Origin: Polaribacter sp.
GTDB lineage: Bacteria; Bacteroidota; Bacteroidia; Flavobacteriales; Flavobacteriaceae
Length of the DNA: 64,000 nt
Direction of reading: 5' to 3'
Assembly (NCBI GenBank): GCA_042091415.1
Contig: JBELHK010000001.1
Span: 4,599 to 68,598, forward strand
The notes below the pieces were generated by a model that made no database searches, was not told the DNA's origin, and saw only the letters and a list, made by a program, of their open reading frames with translations. This document shows, in pieces, positions 40,058 to 49,556 of the stretch (the first letter of the stretch is position 1; the number at the start of each line of letters is the position of its first letter). The translations under genes and the position numbers were made by a program.

Positions 40058-42241
40058 ATGACAATTTCAATTTGGAGATATAGTCATTTAACTTTAGCAA
40101 TAACTACTTCATTATTTCTAATAATTGCTTCTATAACTGGTGTAATTTTAGCATTCGAACCTATTTCGAATCAACTAAAAGGATATACGCCAGAGCAGTT
40201 AAATAATGTTTCTATTGCTGAAGTTATTGGTAACTTAGAGGATAATTGTAAAGAAATTATAACAATAGAGATTGATGAAAATAATTTTGTTTCTGCATCT
40301 ATAATTTCAAACGAAGGTAAGAACGAAACTTTTTATGTAAATCCAAAAACAGGTGATAAAATTGGCAATACATTAAAACGTAAACCATTATTTGAATTTG
40401 CTACAAATCTTCATAGATCTTTATTTTTAAAGTCTACAGGAAGAGTTTTGGTTGCTTTTTTCTCATTCTTAGTACTCTTAATTGTTATCTCAGGAATATT
40501 TTTAATAGCCAAAAGACAAGGTGGATTTTCAAAACTATTTTCTAAAGTAATCAAAGATGATTTCAATCAATATTATCATGTAATTTTTGGAAAATACTTC
40601 TTTTTGCCAATACTTTTAATAACGATAACAGGCATTCTTTTATCATTAGAAAAATTTTCATTACTCCCTGAAAATGAAATTTATGGTGATGAAATTGAAA
40701 TTAGAAAAGAAAATAAAAATATCAATAAGTTAGATTTTGAAGTATTCAATAAAATAAAACTTGATGATGTTAAAAAAATTGAATTTCCTTTTTCAAAAGA
40801 TAGTTTAGATTATTTTCTAATTCAGAAAAAAAACAAAGAAGAATTAAATGTTCATCAGTATAATGGCCAAATAACAAGTGTAAAAAAGACAAATTTCGCC
40901 AATATATTGTCTTATTATAGCATAATAATTCATACCGGAAGAGGTACAATTATATGGTCTTCTGTTTTGTTAATTACATGTATTGTAATTCTATTTTTTA
41001 TTTATTCTGGTTTTTCCATCACTCTAAAGAGAAAGTCAAAAAAAATTGTATTTAAAAATAAATTTGACAAAGATGAGGCTGAAATAATATTACTTTATGG
41101 CTCTGAAACAGGAGGTACAAAAAAATTTACTAATGATTTTTTTACTGCTTTAATATCGGCTGGTAAAAAAGTTTATATGGCTTCTTTAAACGAATATTCA
41201 GCGTATGAAAAAGCAAGTAGCCTCATCATTTTTACGGCTACTTATGGTAATGGTGAAGCTCCTGAAAATGGAGATGAATTTTTAGAAATAGTTGAAAAAA
41301 CACCTCCTCTAAATCCAATAAAATTTTCCATTTTAGGTTTTGGGTCAACTAATTTCCCCGAATTCTGCAAATTTGCTGAAGATGTAAATCAAAAATTAAA
41401 CTCTTTAGATAATTTTTCTCAGAATCAAGAATTACATAAGGTTGATGATGAATCTTTTACTCATTATAAAAATTGGGTAAACGAATGGAGTGAAGTTAAT
41501 AAAGTCACTTTAAATATCGATGATAATTTTATCACCCAAGCTAAAAATGAAGTTGAATTTACATTAGTTAAAAAAATAAAAACTAATGCTGACGATACCT
41601 ATTTAATCGAACTAAAGCCTAGTAAAAAAATTGAATTTACTTCAGGTGATTTACTGTCAATAATTCCGAAAGACGAGTTAAGACAAAGATTATATTCAAT
41701 CGCAAAAATAGATGGCAAGGTTGTATTAAGCATTAAATTACATGATTATGGAATATGCTCTAATTTTTTATATAATTTAAATAATGGAGATAAACTATTC
41801 GCTTCAATACAAAAAAATGAAAAATTTCATTTTCCTAAAAAAGCCAAGGAAGTTGTATTAATTGCAAACGGAACTGGAATCGCTCCATTTTTAGGGATGA
41901 TTAAAAACAATAAAAAAACTAAAATTCATTTATTTTGGGGAAGTAGAAATGAGCAATCAATAGAAGTTTATGAAAATTATTTAGATGATGAACAATTATC
42001 TTCTTTTCACAAATCGTACTCAAAATCTGATGGAAATAAAGTTTACATTCAAAACATTGTAGCCCAGAATTTCTCTTTATTTTCTGATATTTTAAAAAGC
42101 GGTTCTGAAATTATGATTTGTGGCTCCTTAAATATGCAAAAAGGAGTTGAAGTTGTAATAAACGAGATTACAGAAAAATCAATTAACAAACCGCTTTCTT
42201 ATTTTAAAAGCAATAATAAAATTAAAACTGATTGCTATTAA
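40058..42241 (+). CDS. PepSY-associated TM domain / flavodoxin / FAD-NAD(P)H (FNR-like) oxidoreductase fusion
   Basis: Four TM-proximal His (RYSH, NLHR, YYHV, IIHTG); flavodoxin YGSETG, ATYGNGEAP, GFGS; FNR RLYSIA, GICS, NGTGIAPF, ICGS, terminal DCY. Confidence 0.88.
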   Translation: MTISIWRYSHLTLAITTSLFLIIASITGVILAFEPISNQLKGYTPEQLNNVSIAEVIGNLEDNCKEIITIEIDENNFVSASIISNEGKNETFYVNPKTGDKIGNTLKRKPLFEFATNLHRSLFLKSTGRVLVAFFSFLVLLIVISGIFLIAKRQGGFSKLFSKVIKDDFNQYYHVIFGKYFFLPILLITITGILLSLEKFSLLPENEIYGDEIEIRKENKNINKLDFEVFNKIKLDDVKKIEFPFSKDSLDYFLIQKKNKEELNVHQYNGQITSVKKTNFANILSYYSIIIHTGRGTIIWSSVLLITCIVILFFIYSGFSITLKRKSKKIVFKNKFDKDEAEIILLYGSETGGTKKFTNDFFTALISAGKKVYMASLNEYSAYEKASSLIIFTATYGNGEAPENGDEFLEIVEKTPPLNPIKFSILGFGSTNFPEFCKFAEDVNQKLNSLDNFSQNQELHKVDDESFTHYKNWVNEWSEVNKVTLNIDDNFITQAKNEVEFTLVKKIKTNADDTYLIELKPSKKIEFTSGDLLSIIPKDELRQRLYSIAKIDGKVVLSIKLHDYGICSNFLYNLNNGDKLFASIQKNEKFHFPKKAKEVVLIANGTGIAPFLGMIKNNKKTKIHLFWGSRNEQSIEVYENYLDDEQLSSFHKSYSKSDGNKVYIQNIVAQNFSLFSDILKSGSEIMICGSLNMQKGVEVVINEITEKSINKPLSYFKSNNKIKTDCY

Positions 42242-42259
42242 GCAATTAAATTTATGCTA

Positions 42260-43726
42260 TTATAAATCTTTCATAAAATTCCCATAAGGATCTGTAAATT
42301 GAGTTCCTTCTGCAAATCTATGTTTACTTAATTTTTTAAACTCTACAAGACCCCAAAGTAAAAATTCCTTTACAAAATAGATATCTTCTTTATTTATATT
42401 TGGTTGATATTTTGATAACAGAGATTTCAAAGGTGTTATTTTATCTAACATTTTTTTATACGTTGTATCTTCAAAATCTTCTAGTAATTCAAAATCTTCA
42501 TCAGAATTAAAAAACCAAGAAACAATTTCATCATAGGGTGATTCTTCGTTTTCTTTTTCAAGTTTCTTAATTTCAGGGAAATAAACTGGAAAAATTGATT
42601 TTATAGCTTTTTTTATAAGGTTCTCTGCAACAGCTTTAGCACCCTCTTGTTCGCCTTCGTAAACTAATTCTACTTTACCTGTAATTGCAGGTATAATACC
42701 GTCAAAATCACTTAATCTTATTGTAGTTTCTGTATCTCCATTTAAAATTGATCTTCTTTCAGCAGTACTTAATAAATTTTCATATGCTGAAATACTTAGC
42801 CTTGCACTTACACCACTTTTAGCATCAATATATTCACTCTCTCTAGCTTCAAATACAATTTGTTCTAACAAATCTTTAGCCAATTCAGGAACATTGATCG
42901 ATTTTTTTTGATTAGACAAGTTATTTGCTTCTTGCCCAGTAATAATTTTTGCGGTTTCAATATCTTCAGGATAATGTGTAAGTATTTGTGATCCTATTCT
43001 ATCTTTTAGCGGAGTAACAATACTTCCTCTATTTGTATAATCTTCAGGATTAGCCGTAAAAACAAATTGCATATCTAAAGGCAATCGTAATTTAAAACCA
43101 CGAATTTGAATATCACCTTCTTGTAAAATATTAAAAAGTGCTACTTGTATTCTTGCTTGCAAATCTGGCAATTCATTTATAACAAAAATACATCTGTTAG
43201 CTCTTGGAATCATTCCATAATGAATAACTCTATCATCTGCATAACTCAACTTTAAATTAGCCGCTTTTATCGGATCAACATCACCAATAATATCAGCAAC
43301 TGTAACATCTGGTGTTGCTAGCTTTTCTGCAAATCTTTCATTTCTATGAAGCCAAAAAATTTGGGTATCGTCTCCATTTTCTTTTATCGTTTCGATTGCA
43401 AATCTTGAGATTGGATTTAGAGGATCATCATTAATTTCTGACCCCATTACAACAGGAATATATTCATCTAACAAGTTAATCATTAATCTCGCCAAACGTG
43501 TTTTAGCTTGTCCTCTTAAACCTAATAAATTGATATTATGTTTACTTAAAATGGCTCTTTCTAATTCTGGTATAACAGTATTTTCATAACCATGAACTCC
43601 TTTAAAAACAACTTCTTTATTCATCATTTTACTGATGAGATTTTCACGAAGCTCGTCTTTTATAGATTTAGATTGATAACCAGATTTTTTTAATTCTCCT
43701 AATGTATTTATTTTATTTAAGTTCAT
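42260..43726 (-). CDS. AAA+ ATPase, Mg-chelatase ChlI / MoxR-like
   Basis: Walker A GLRGQAKT, Walker B FVINE, TANPEDY, PLKDR, VSAR. Confidence 0.85.
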   Translation of the reverse strand: MNLNKINTLGELKKSGYQSKSIKDELRENLISKMMNKEVVFKGVHGYENTVIPELERAILSKHNINLLGLRGQAKTRLARLMINLLDEYIPVVMGSEINDDPLNPISRFAIETIKENGDDTQIFWLHRNERFAEKLATPDVTVADIIGDVDPIKAANLKLSYADDRVIHYGMIPRANRCIFVINELPDLQARIQVALFNILQEGDIQIRGFKLRLPLDMQFVFTANPEDYTNRGSIVTPLKDRIGSQILTHYPEDIETAKIITGQEANNLSNQKKSINVPELAKDLLEQIVFEARESEYIDAKSGVSARLSISAYENLLSTAERRSILNGDTETTIRLSDFDGIIPAITGKVELVYEGEQEGAKAVAENLIKKAIKSIFPVYFPEIKKLEKENEESPYDEIVSWFFNSDEDFELLEDFEDTTYKKMLDKITPLKSLLSKYQPNINKEDIYFVKEFLLWGLVEFKKLSKHRFAEGTQFTDPYGNFMKDL

Positions 43727-44851
43727 TTAACCTCTAATTCTTTTTTTTCTATTTGTTTCATAATCTTCGAAAATCATTTCTCCCAATCCTTTTAAACCTG
43801 TATAAAATGCTTTTCCTTGATTTGCTTGAGTAAATGTTCTTACAAATTGCATTAAATAAGGATCTTGAGCAATCATAAAAGTAGTTATTGGAATATGCAA
43901 TTTTCTTGCTTGCTTTGCCATTGCATAGCATTTATTAACTATGTATTTATCTAGTCCGTTACTATTTTTGTAATACTGACCATCTGGCAACCTTAAACAG
44001 CTCGGTTTACCATCTGTAATCATAAAAATTTGTTTGTTTGTATTTTTCTTTCTTCTCAGCAAGTCCATTGCTAAGTTTAATCCTGCAACAGTATTCGTAT
44101 GATATGGGCCAACTTGTAAATATGGTAAATCTTTTATTTTTATTGTCCAAGCATCATTTCCAAAAACTAAAATATCTAAAGTATCTTTAGGATAACGAGT
44201 TGTAATAAGTTCTGCCAAAGCCATTGCAACTTTTTTTGCAGGCGTTATTCTATCTTCTCCATACAAAATCATAGAATGACTAATATCTATCATTAAAACG
44301 GTACTCATTTGGCTTTTGTGCATAGTTTCTTCAACAACCAAATCATTTTCATAAAGTGTAAAATTACCAATGCCATTATTAATTTGAGCATTTTTGATAC
44401 TCTCGGTCATAGAAATTTTATCTAGATTATCTCCAAATTGATAAGCTCTAAAATCTCCTGTATGTTCATCACCAGTACCTAACGATTTACTTTTATGATT
44501 TCCTGATCCGCTTCTTTTAATTTTACCAAAAATGTGATTTAATGCTTGCTGGCGTATTGCTCTCTCTGTTTTTGCTGTAATTTTTGTACCTCCTACTCCA
44601 TTGCCATCAATTTCCTCCTTAATGTATCCTTTCTTTTTTAAATCTTCTATAAAATCATCTATGGTGTATTCAGAAGTCGTTAATTTGTATTCTTTATCTA
44701 AAGACCTTAACCAATCTATAGCCTCATCAAAATCTCCTGAAGTATAAGTTATCAATTCTTTAAAAATTTCAAAAAGCTTTTCAAAAGGTGATTGATTTTT
44801 TGGTTCAAAAACTTTGAATATAAACCCTTTTTTATTTGTTCTTTCTTTCAT
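43727..44851 (-). CDS. von Willebrand factor A domain protein
   Basis: RAYQFGD, MIDAS DISHSM, HTN, MITDGKP. Co-transcribed with the AAA+ gene. Confidence 0.87.
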   Translation of the reverse strand: MKERTNKKGFIFKVFEPKNQSPFEKLFEIFKELITYTSGDFDEAIDWLRSLDKEYKLTTSEYTIDDFIEDLKKKGYIKEEIDGNGVGGTKITAKTERAIRQQALNHIFGKIKRSGSGNHKSKSLGTGDEHTGDFRAYQFGDNLDKISMTESIKNAQINNGIGNFTLYENDLVVEETMHKSQMSTVLMIDISHSMILYGEDRITPAKKVAMALAELITTRYPKDTLDILVFGNDAWTIKIKDLPYLQVGPYHTNTVAGLNLAMDLLRRKKNTNKQIFMITDGKPSCLRLPDGQYYKNSNGLDKYIVNKCYAMAKQARKLHIPITTFMIAQDPYLMQFVRTFTQANQGKAFYTGLKGLGEMIFEDYETNRKKRIRG

Positions 44852-45028
44852 CACTATAAAAATACATCTTTATTTAAAGAGTTAAAAAACATTAACATTG
44901 CTTTAGCATATATCTATTGATGTAATATAATTCTTGAAGGTTCAGCTGTTATAAAATTATATTATAATTAACACTTTTTTAAAATCCTAAAAGTAAATTG
45001 AAATCGATTTAATCTAACAAAACAAATA

Positions 45029-47656
45029 ATGAAAAAAGCACAATCTAAGAGAATAAAACTTTTGTATATATTCTTTTTAATTTTTACTATTAGCGGAGTT
45101 CAAGATATTAATGCTCAAAGGAAAAGTAAAAAGAAGAATAAAAAAGGGAAACAAGAAATAACAACTCCGAAACCCAAGCCAAAACCCAAAAGCAAAACCA
45201 TTGCAGACTTAACAAAAAGTAGTAAAAAAATTGAAGGATTATTTACAATTTATCAAGATACAATCACAGGTGCTGTAAAACTTTTGATTAATGAAAAGCA
45301 GTTAAATAAAGATTATATTTATTTTTCTCAAATTGCTGATGGTGTTGCCGAAGCTGGTGCTTATAGAGGATCTTATAAGGGATCTTCTGTTTTTCAATTG
45401 AGAAACTTTTTTAATAAAATAGAATTTGTTGCTCCAAATACATCTTTTTATTTTGATGAAAATAATGCAATATCAAAATCTGCAGATGCAAATATAAGTC
45501 ATGCTGTTATTGCAAGCGGAAAAATTTTAGCATCTGACAAGAAAAAAGGCTTGCATTTAATAGATGCTAACGGGTTATTTTTGAGTGAAACTTTTACAAG
45601 AATTAAACAGCCAAGGTTTCCAGGAAGTTCACCTTTTGCTTTTAGTTTAGGAAGGTTTGATAAGAATAAATCGAAAATAAATAATATAAAAAACTACCCA
45701 GAGAACACAAATATTAAAACCGAATATGTTTACAGCAATCCTTCTGTATTAAATGGAGGCTCACAAGCTGTTACTGATGGAAGAAACGTATCAATTAAAG
45801 TATTTCATACTTTTATGAATATGCCTTCTGATGAATATGAGGTTAGAATGGATGATCCTAGAGTCGGTTATTTTTTAACAGAAACAAACGACATGACTTC
45901 TACAGAAACTGTAAATTATAGAGATATGATTCACAGATGGAAATTAGTAAAGAAAAATCCAGATGCTGAAATTTCAGAACCCGTTAAGCCAATAACATGG
46001 TGGATAGAAAACTCAACTCCAATTGAATGGAGAGAAACAATAAAAGAAGGAGTACTAGCATGGAATGAAGCTTTTGAAAAAGCTGGTTTTAAAAATGCTA
46101 TGGTTGTAAAAGTACAACCTGATGATGCAGAATGGGATGCAGGAGATATAAGGTATAATGTATTAAGGTGGACTTCCTCTCCAAATCCTCCTTTTGGTGG
46201 TTATGGACCAAGTTTTGTAAATCCAAGAACTGGTGAAATACTTGGAGCAGATATTATGCTAGAATATGTTCATTTTACAAATCGAATATTTGCTGATAAA
46301 TTATATAATGACGCTAGTGAAAATATGAAGCTAGAGACTTTAGAGGAACTAAAAGCAAAAAAGTTTTTAGAAAAAAACAATCTACTTTATTGTTCTGCAG
46401 GACACGTATTGCATGAAAACTTACAATTAGTATCTGCAGTTTTACAAGCCTCAGGAGCATCTGAATTAGATATGGAAGCTATAAAAAAAGAAGGTATGAA
46501 ATCCTTAATTATGCATGAAGTTGGGCATACACTTGGGTTAAACCATAATATGAAAGCTTCACAATTATTTTCTCCTTCTCAACTTGCTGATGCGAATTTT
46601 ATTGAAGGTAAAGCTTTAACAGGATCTGTTATGGATTATGCAGGAATAAATATTACAAATGACAGAAGTAAGCAAGGGCAATATTACGACATGGCTGTAG
46701 GACCTTATGATATTTGGGCAATACAATTTGGATATACTCCTTTTAAAAGTGAAACCGAAAAAGATTTATTACTAAATAGATCTACTGAACCTGAATTAAT
46801 TTTTGGGAACGATGCTGATGATATGAGATCTCCTGGAAAAGCAATTGATCCTAGAGTAATGATTGGAGATTTATCTAATGACCCAATTACTTACTCTATT
46901 AATCGATTTGAATTAGTAAATTCAATGATGAAAAATTTAAAAACTCAGTTTTTAAAGGAAGGAGAAACTTATGAAGATTTAAGAAGAGCCTATTATACGC
47001 TTCATAATCAAACAAGAATTGCTGGAGGAGTAGTTTCAAGATTTATTGGAGGTGTTTATGTAGATAGATCTACTTATGGTCAAAAAGGTGGAGCTCAACC
47101 CTATACTCCTGTAAGCTTAAAAGATCAAAAAAGAGCAATGGAGGCTTTAAAAAAATATATTTTTGCACCCAATGCATTTGATGCTCCAAATGATATTTAC
47201 AACTATTTAGCAAAACAAAGAAGAGGATATAATTTCTTTGGAGGTCCTGAAGATCCAAAAATTCATGAACAAGTGTTAGGATATCAAACGAGTGTTTTAG
47301 CTCATATCATGCATCCTAATACATTACAAAGAATTTCTAACTCTGAATTATATGGCAATAAATATAAATTATCTTCATATATGACGGACTTAAACAATAT
47401 GATGTTTAAACCAGATGTTTATGGAAGTATCAACTCTTTCAGACAAAATCTTCAAGCAGTTTACACAAAAAGATTAATTGAAATGCTCAATGGTAGAGCA
47501 AGTAGTAGGTTTTCTGTAGCTGCAAAATCTATGGCAATATATAATCTTAAAATTATTAAAACCTGGGTTAGTAATGGAACAGGTGATTTAGCCACTAAGG
47601 CTCATAAAAATCATTTAAAAACACTAATTACTAATGCAATGAAAGAAATTAAGTAA
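45029..47656 (+). CDS. Secreted zinc-dependent metalloprotease (metzincin; DUF5117/EcxA-like architecture)
   Basis: Signal peptide, Lys/Pro-rich linker, DPRVGYF, WNEAFEKAGF, HEVGHTLGLNHN, Met-turn SVMDY, GPYD.WAI. Confidence 0.88.
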   Translation: MKKAQSKRIKLLYIFFLIFTISGVQDINAQRKSKKKNKKGKQEITTPKPKPKPKSKTIADLTKSSKKIEGLFTIYQDTITGAVKLLINEKQLNKDYIYFSQIADGVAEAGAYRGSYKGSSVFQLRNFFNKIEFVAPNTSFYFDENNAISKSADANISHAVIASGKILASDKKKGLHLIDANGLFLSETFTRIKQPRFPGSSPFAFSLGRFDKNKSKINNIKNYPENTNIKTEYVYSNPSVLNGGSQAVTDGRNVSIKVFHTFMNMPSDEYEVRMDDPRVGYFLTETNDMTSTETVNYRDMIHRWKLVKKNPDAEISEPVKPITWWIENSTPIEWRETIKEGVLAWNEAFEKAGFKNAMVVKVQPDDAEWDAGDIRYNVLRWTSSPNPPFGGYGPSFVNPRTGEILGADIMLEYVHFTNRIFADKLYNDASENMKLETLEELKAKKFLEKNNLLYCSAGHVLHENLQLVSAVLQASGASELDMEAIKKEGMKSLIMHEVGHTLGLNHNMKASQLFSPSQLADANFIEGKALTGSVMDYAGINITNDRSKQGQYYDMAVGPYDIWAIQFGYTPFKSETEKDLLLNRSTEPELIFGNDADDMRSPGKAIDPRVMIGDLSNDPITYSINRFELVNSMMKNLKTQFLKEGETYEDLRRAYYTLHNQTRIAGGVVSRFIGGVYVDRSTYGQKGGAQPYTPVSLKDQKRAMEALKKYIFAPNAFDAPNDIYNYLAKQRRGYNFFGGPEDPKIHEQVLGYQTSVLAHIMHPNTLQRISNSELYGNKYKLSSYMTDLNNMMFKPDVYGSINSFRQNLQAVYTKRLIEMLNGRASSRFSVAAKSMAIYNLKIIKTWVSNGTGDLATKAHKNHLKTLITNAMKEIK

Positions 47657-47678
47657 TCTTTTAAGAAATATTTAAAAT

Positions 47679-47709
47679 AAACCGTAATTCAAATGAATTA
47701 CGGTTTTTT
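47679..47709 (+). terminator. Intrinsic terminator
   Basis: AAACCGTAATTCA-AA-TGAATTACGGTTT plus T-tail. Confidence 0.88.
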
Positions 47710-47738
47710 ATTTTTACAAAAGATTTATATAAAAAAAT

Positions 47739-48620
47739 ATGAGTAAAATTTTAATAACAGGCGGAACAGGTTTAGTAGGCACAAGACTTATTGAAATTTT
47801 AAAAGAAAAAAAACATAAAATAAATATTTTAACTAGAAATCCTCAACAAAAAAATCATTTTAAATGGGATGTTAAAAATAATTTTATTGATGAGAAAGCT
47901 TTTAAAGATATTGATTATATTATTCATTTAGCAGGAGCAGGAATTGCCGATCAACGTTGGACTACTAAAAGAAAAAAAACAATACTTGAAAGTAGAGTAA
48001 AAACTACAAACCTTCTATTTGAAAAAATAACTAGTTTAAATATTAAATTAAAAGGATTTATTTCTGCCTCAGGTATTGGATATTATGGAGCCGTAACATC
48101 ACAGAAGATATTTGATGAAGATGATAATCCTGGTAAAGATTTTTTAGGTAAAGTTTGCATTGAATGGGAAGAAGCTGCCAATCAATTTAAAAATTTAAAT
48201 GTACCTGTAACTATACTAAGAACGGGAATTGTATTAGCTAAAAAAGGTGGAGCGTTAGAAAAAATGAAAACACCTATAATATCTCCATTAGGATCTGGTA
48301 ATCAATATTTACCGTGGATACATATTGATGATTTGTGTCATGTATATTCTAAAGCTATAGAAAGTGATTTTACAGGTATTTATAATGCTGTTTCACCAGA
48401 GCATCATACAAGTAAAACATTTTCGAAAATTTTGGCAGAAGTTATCAAAAGAAAATTTATAAAAATTCCCGTACCTAGTATTGTCTTAAAAATAATATTT
48501 GGAGAAATGTCTATAATTCTCTTAGAAGGAAGTAAAATTTCATCAAAAAAAATCGAAAAGAACGGATATTCTTTTCGATTTAAATCACTTAAAAAAGCCT
48601 TATTAGATTTAGAATCTTAA
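47739..48620 (+). CDS. TIGR01777-family NAD-dependent epimerase/oxidoreductase
   Basis: ITGGTGLVG, HLAGAGI, ASGIGYYG, C.EWE, GSGNQYLPWIHIDD. Confidence 0.9.
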   Translation: MSKILITGGTGLVGTRLIEILKEKKHKINILTRNPQQKNHFKWDVKNNFIDEKAFKDIDYIIHLAGAGIADQRWTTKRKKTILESRVKTTNLLFEKITSLNIKLKGFISASGIGYYGAVTSQKIFDEDDNPGKDFLGKVCIEWEEAANQFKNLNVPVTILRTGIVLAKKGGALEKMKTPIISPLGSGNQYLPWIHIDDLCHVYSKAIESDFTGIYNAVSPEHHTSKTFSKILAEVIKRKFIKIPVPSIVLKIIFGEMSIILLEGSKISSKKIEKNGYSFRFKSLKKALLDLES

Positions 48621-49255
48621 AACTTTGTAGTAATATTAAGAGCTACTTCACTCCATGTTTTTGAAATTCCATCAGCTCCTCTGTGTAAATCTTCACAAAC
48701 TTTATTTAAAGAAGCTAATGCAGCAGTAGCGTTCCAAGTGTTTACGTCAATTATTGATTGCATATTAAACTCATTATTTACAATCGTATAGGTAAAAGGT
48801 ACGTCTTTTGTTTCTCCGTTCATAGTGATTGATGCAATTCCATTAGCATCATCAACTATTGACAACTTACCTGATAATAGCTTTGTATTCGACATAACTC
48901 CAAAGAAAAACTTTCTTATTTTATAATCTCTACTAGTATCTTTTGTAGCCAAACTACTCACCGGAATTGAAAATTCAGTATTATTTATAGCTTCTTTAAC
49001 TGAGTTACCATCTCCTCCGTTTAATATATCAATTTTTTTAAATTGACCACCAACAGCAACTTTATCTGTAGTTTTATAAGCCGTAAAATTTATATTAGTT
49101 TGTGCTTTTTCTACTTGAAAATCTGCTGTATTTTTTTGTGTGTCTTCTTTTACCTCTTCTTTTGTTTCTGTTGACTTTTCTTTTTTAGCGTCTGATTTAC
49201 AAGAAATCAATCCTAATGAAAATGCTAAAAATGAAGTTAAAAATATTTTTTTCAT
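48617..49255 (-). CDS. YceI-family lipoprotein
   Basis: Lipobox LISC; F.AYK, V.G.F, SL.T.D..RD, ITMNGETK.V. Confidence 0.78.
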   Translation of the reverse strand: MKKIFLTSFLAFSLGLISCKSDAKKEKSTETKEEVKEDTQKNTADFQVEKAQTNINFTAYKTTDKVAVGGQFKKIDILNGGDGNSVKEAINNTEFSIPVSSLATKDTSRDYKIRKFFFGVMSNTKLLSGKLSIVDDANGIASITMNGETKDVPFTYTIVNNEFNMQSIIDVNTWNATAALASLNKVCEDLHRGADGISKTWSEVALNITTKF

Positions 49256-49262
49256 GATGTTA

Positions 49263-49556
49263 TTATTTATTTAATATACTATTTGCTAAACTTATATACT
49301 CTTTTTTCGCTTCCTCTGAAGTCATTCCATTTAATTGCATCCACGCATTAAACTTAAAAGCATTTCTAATATCTATACCACTATTAAGTGTAAAATTGTT
49401 CCCAAAAGTAGCTTGTTTATAATATGCGTAAAATTTTAGCATAACGTCAGGAGCTATCGCTTTTCTAAGTTTAGATATTTTTTCAAAAGATTTTTGAAAA
49501 TTAATATCTAATTCCGTATTTTTTTCTGTGTTATTTTTCTGCGATAATTTGGACAC
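49263..49556 (-). CDS. Acyl-CoA-binding protein (start uncertain)
   Basis: LKFYAYYKQAT.G, FKFNAW...GMT.EEAKKEYI match the ACBP signature. Confidence 0.85.
   Translation of the reverse strand: MSKLSQKNNTEKNTELDINFQKSFEKISKLRKAIAPDVMLKFYAYYKQATFGNNFTLNSGIDIRNAFKFNAWMQLNGMTSEEAKKEYISLANSILNK

Noticed and set aside
42260-43726. Mg-chelatase-like ATPase as evidence of (bacterio)chlorophyll or cobalamin synthesis near the heme genes
   Set aside because: No ChlH/CobN subunit or pigment genes in the window. It fits a generic AAA+/vWA pair.
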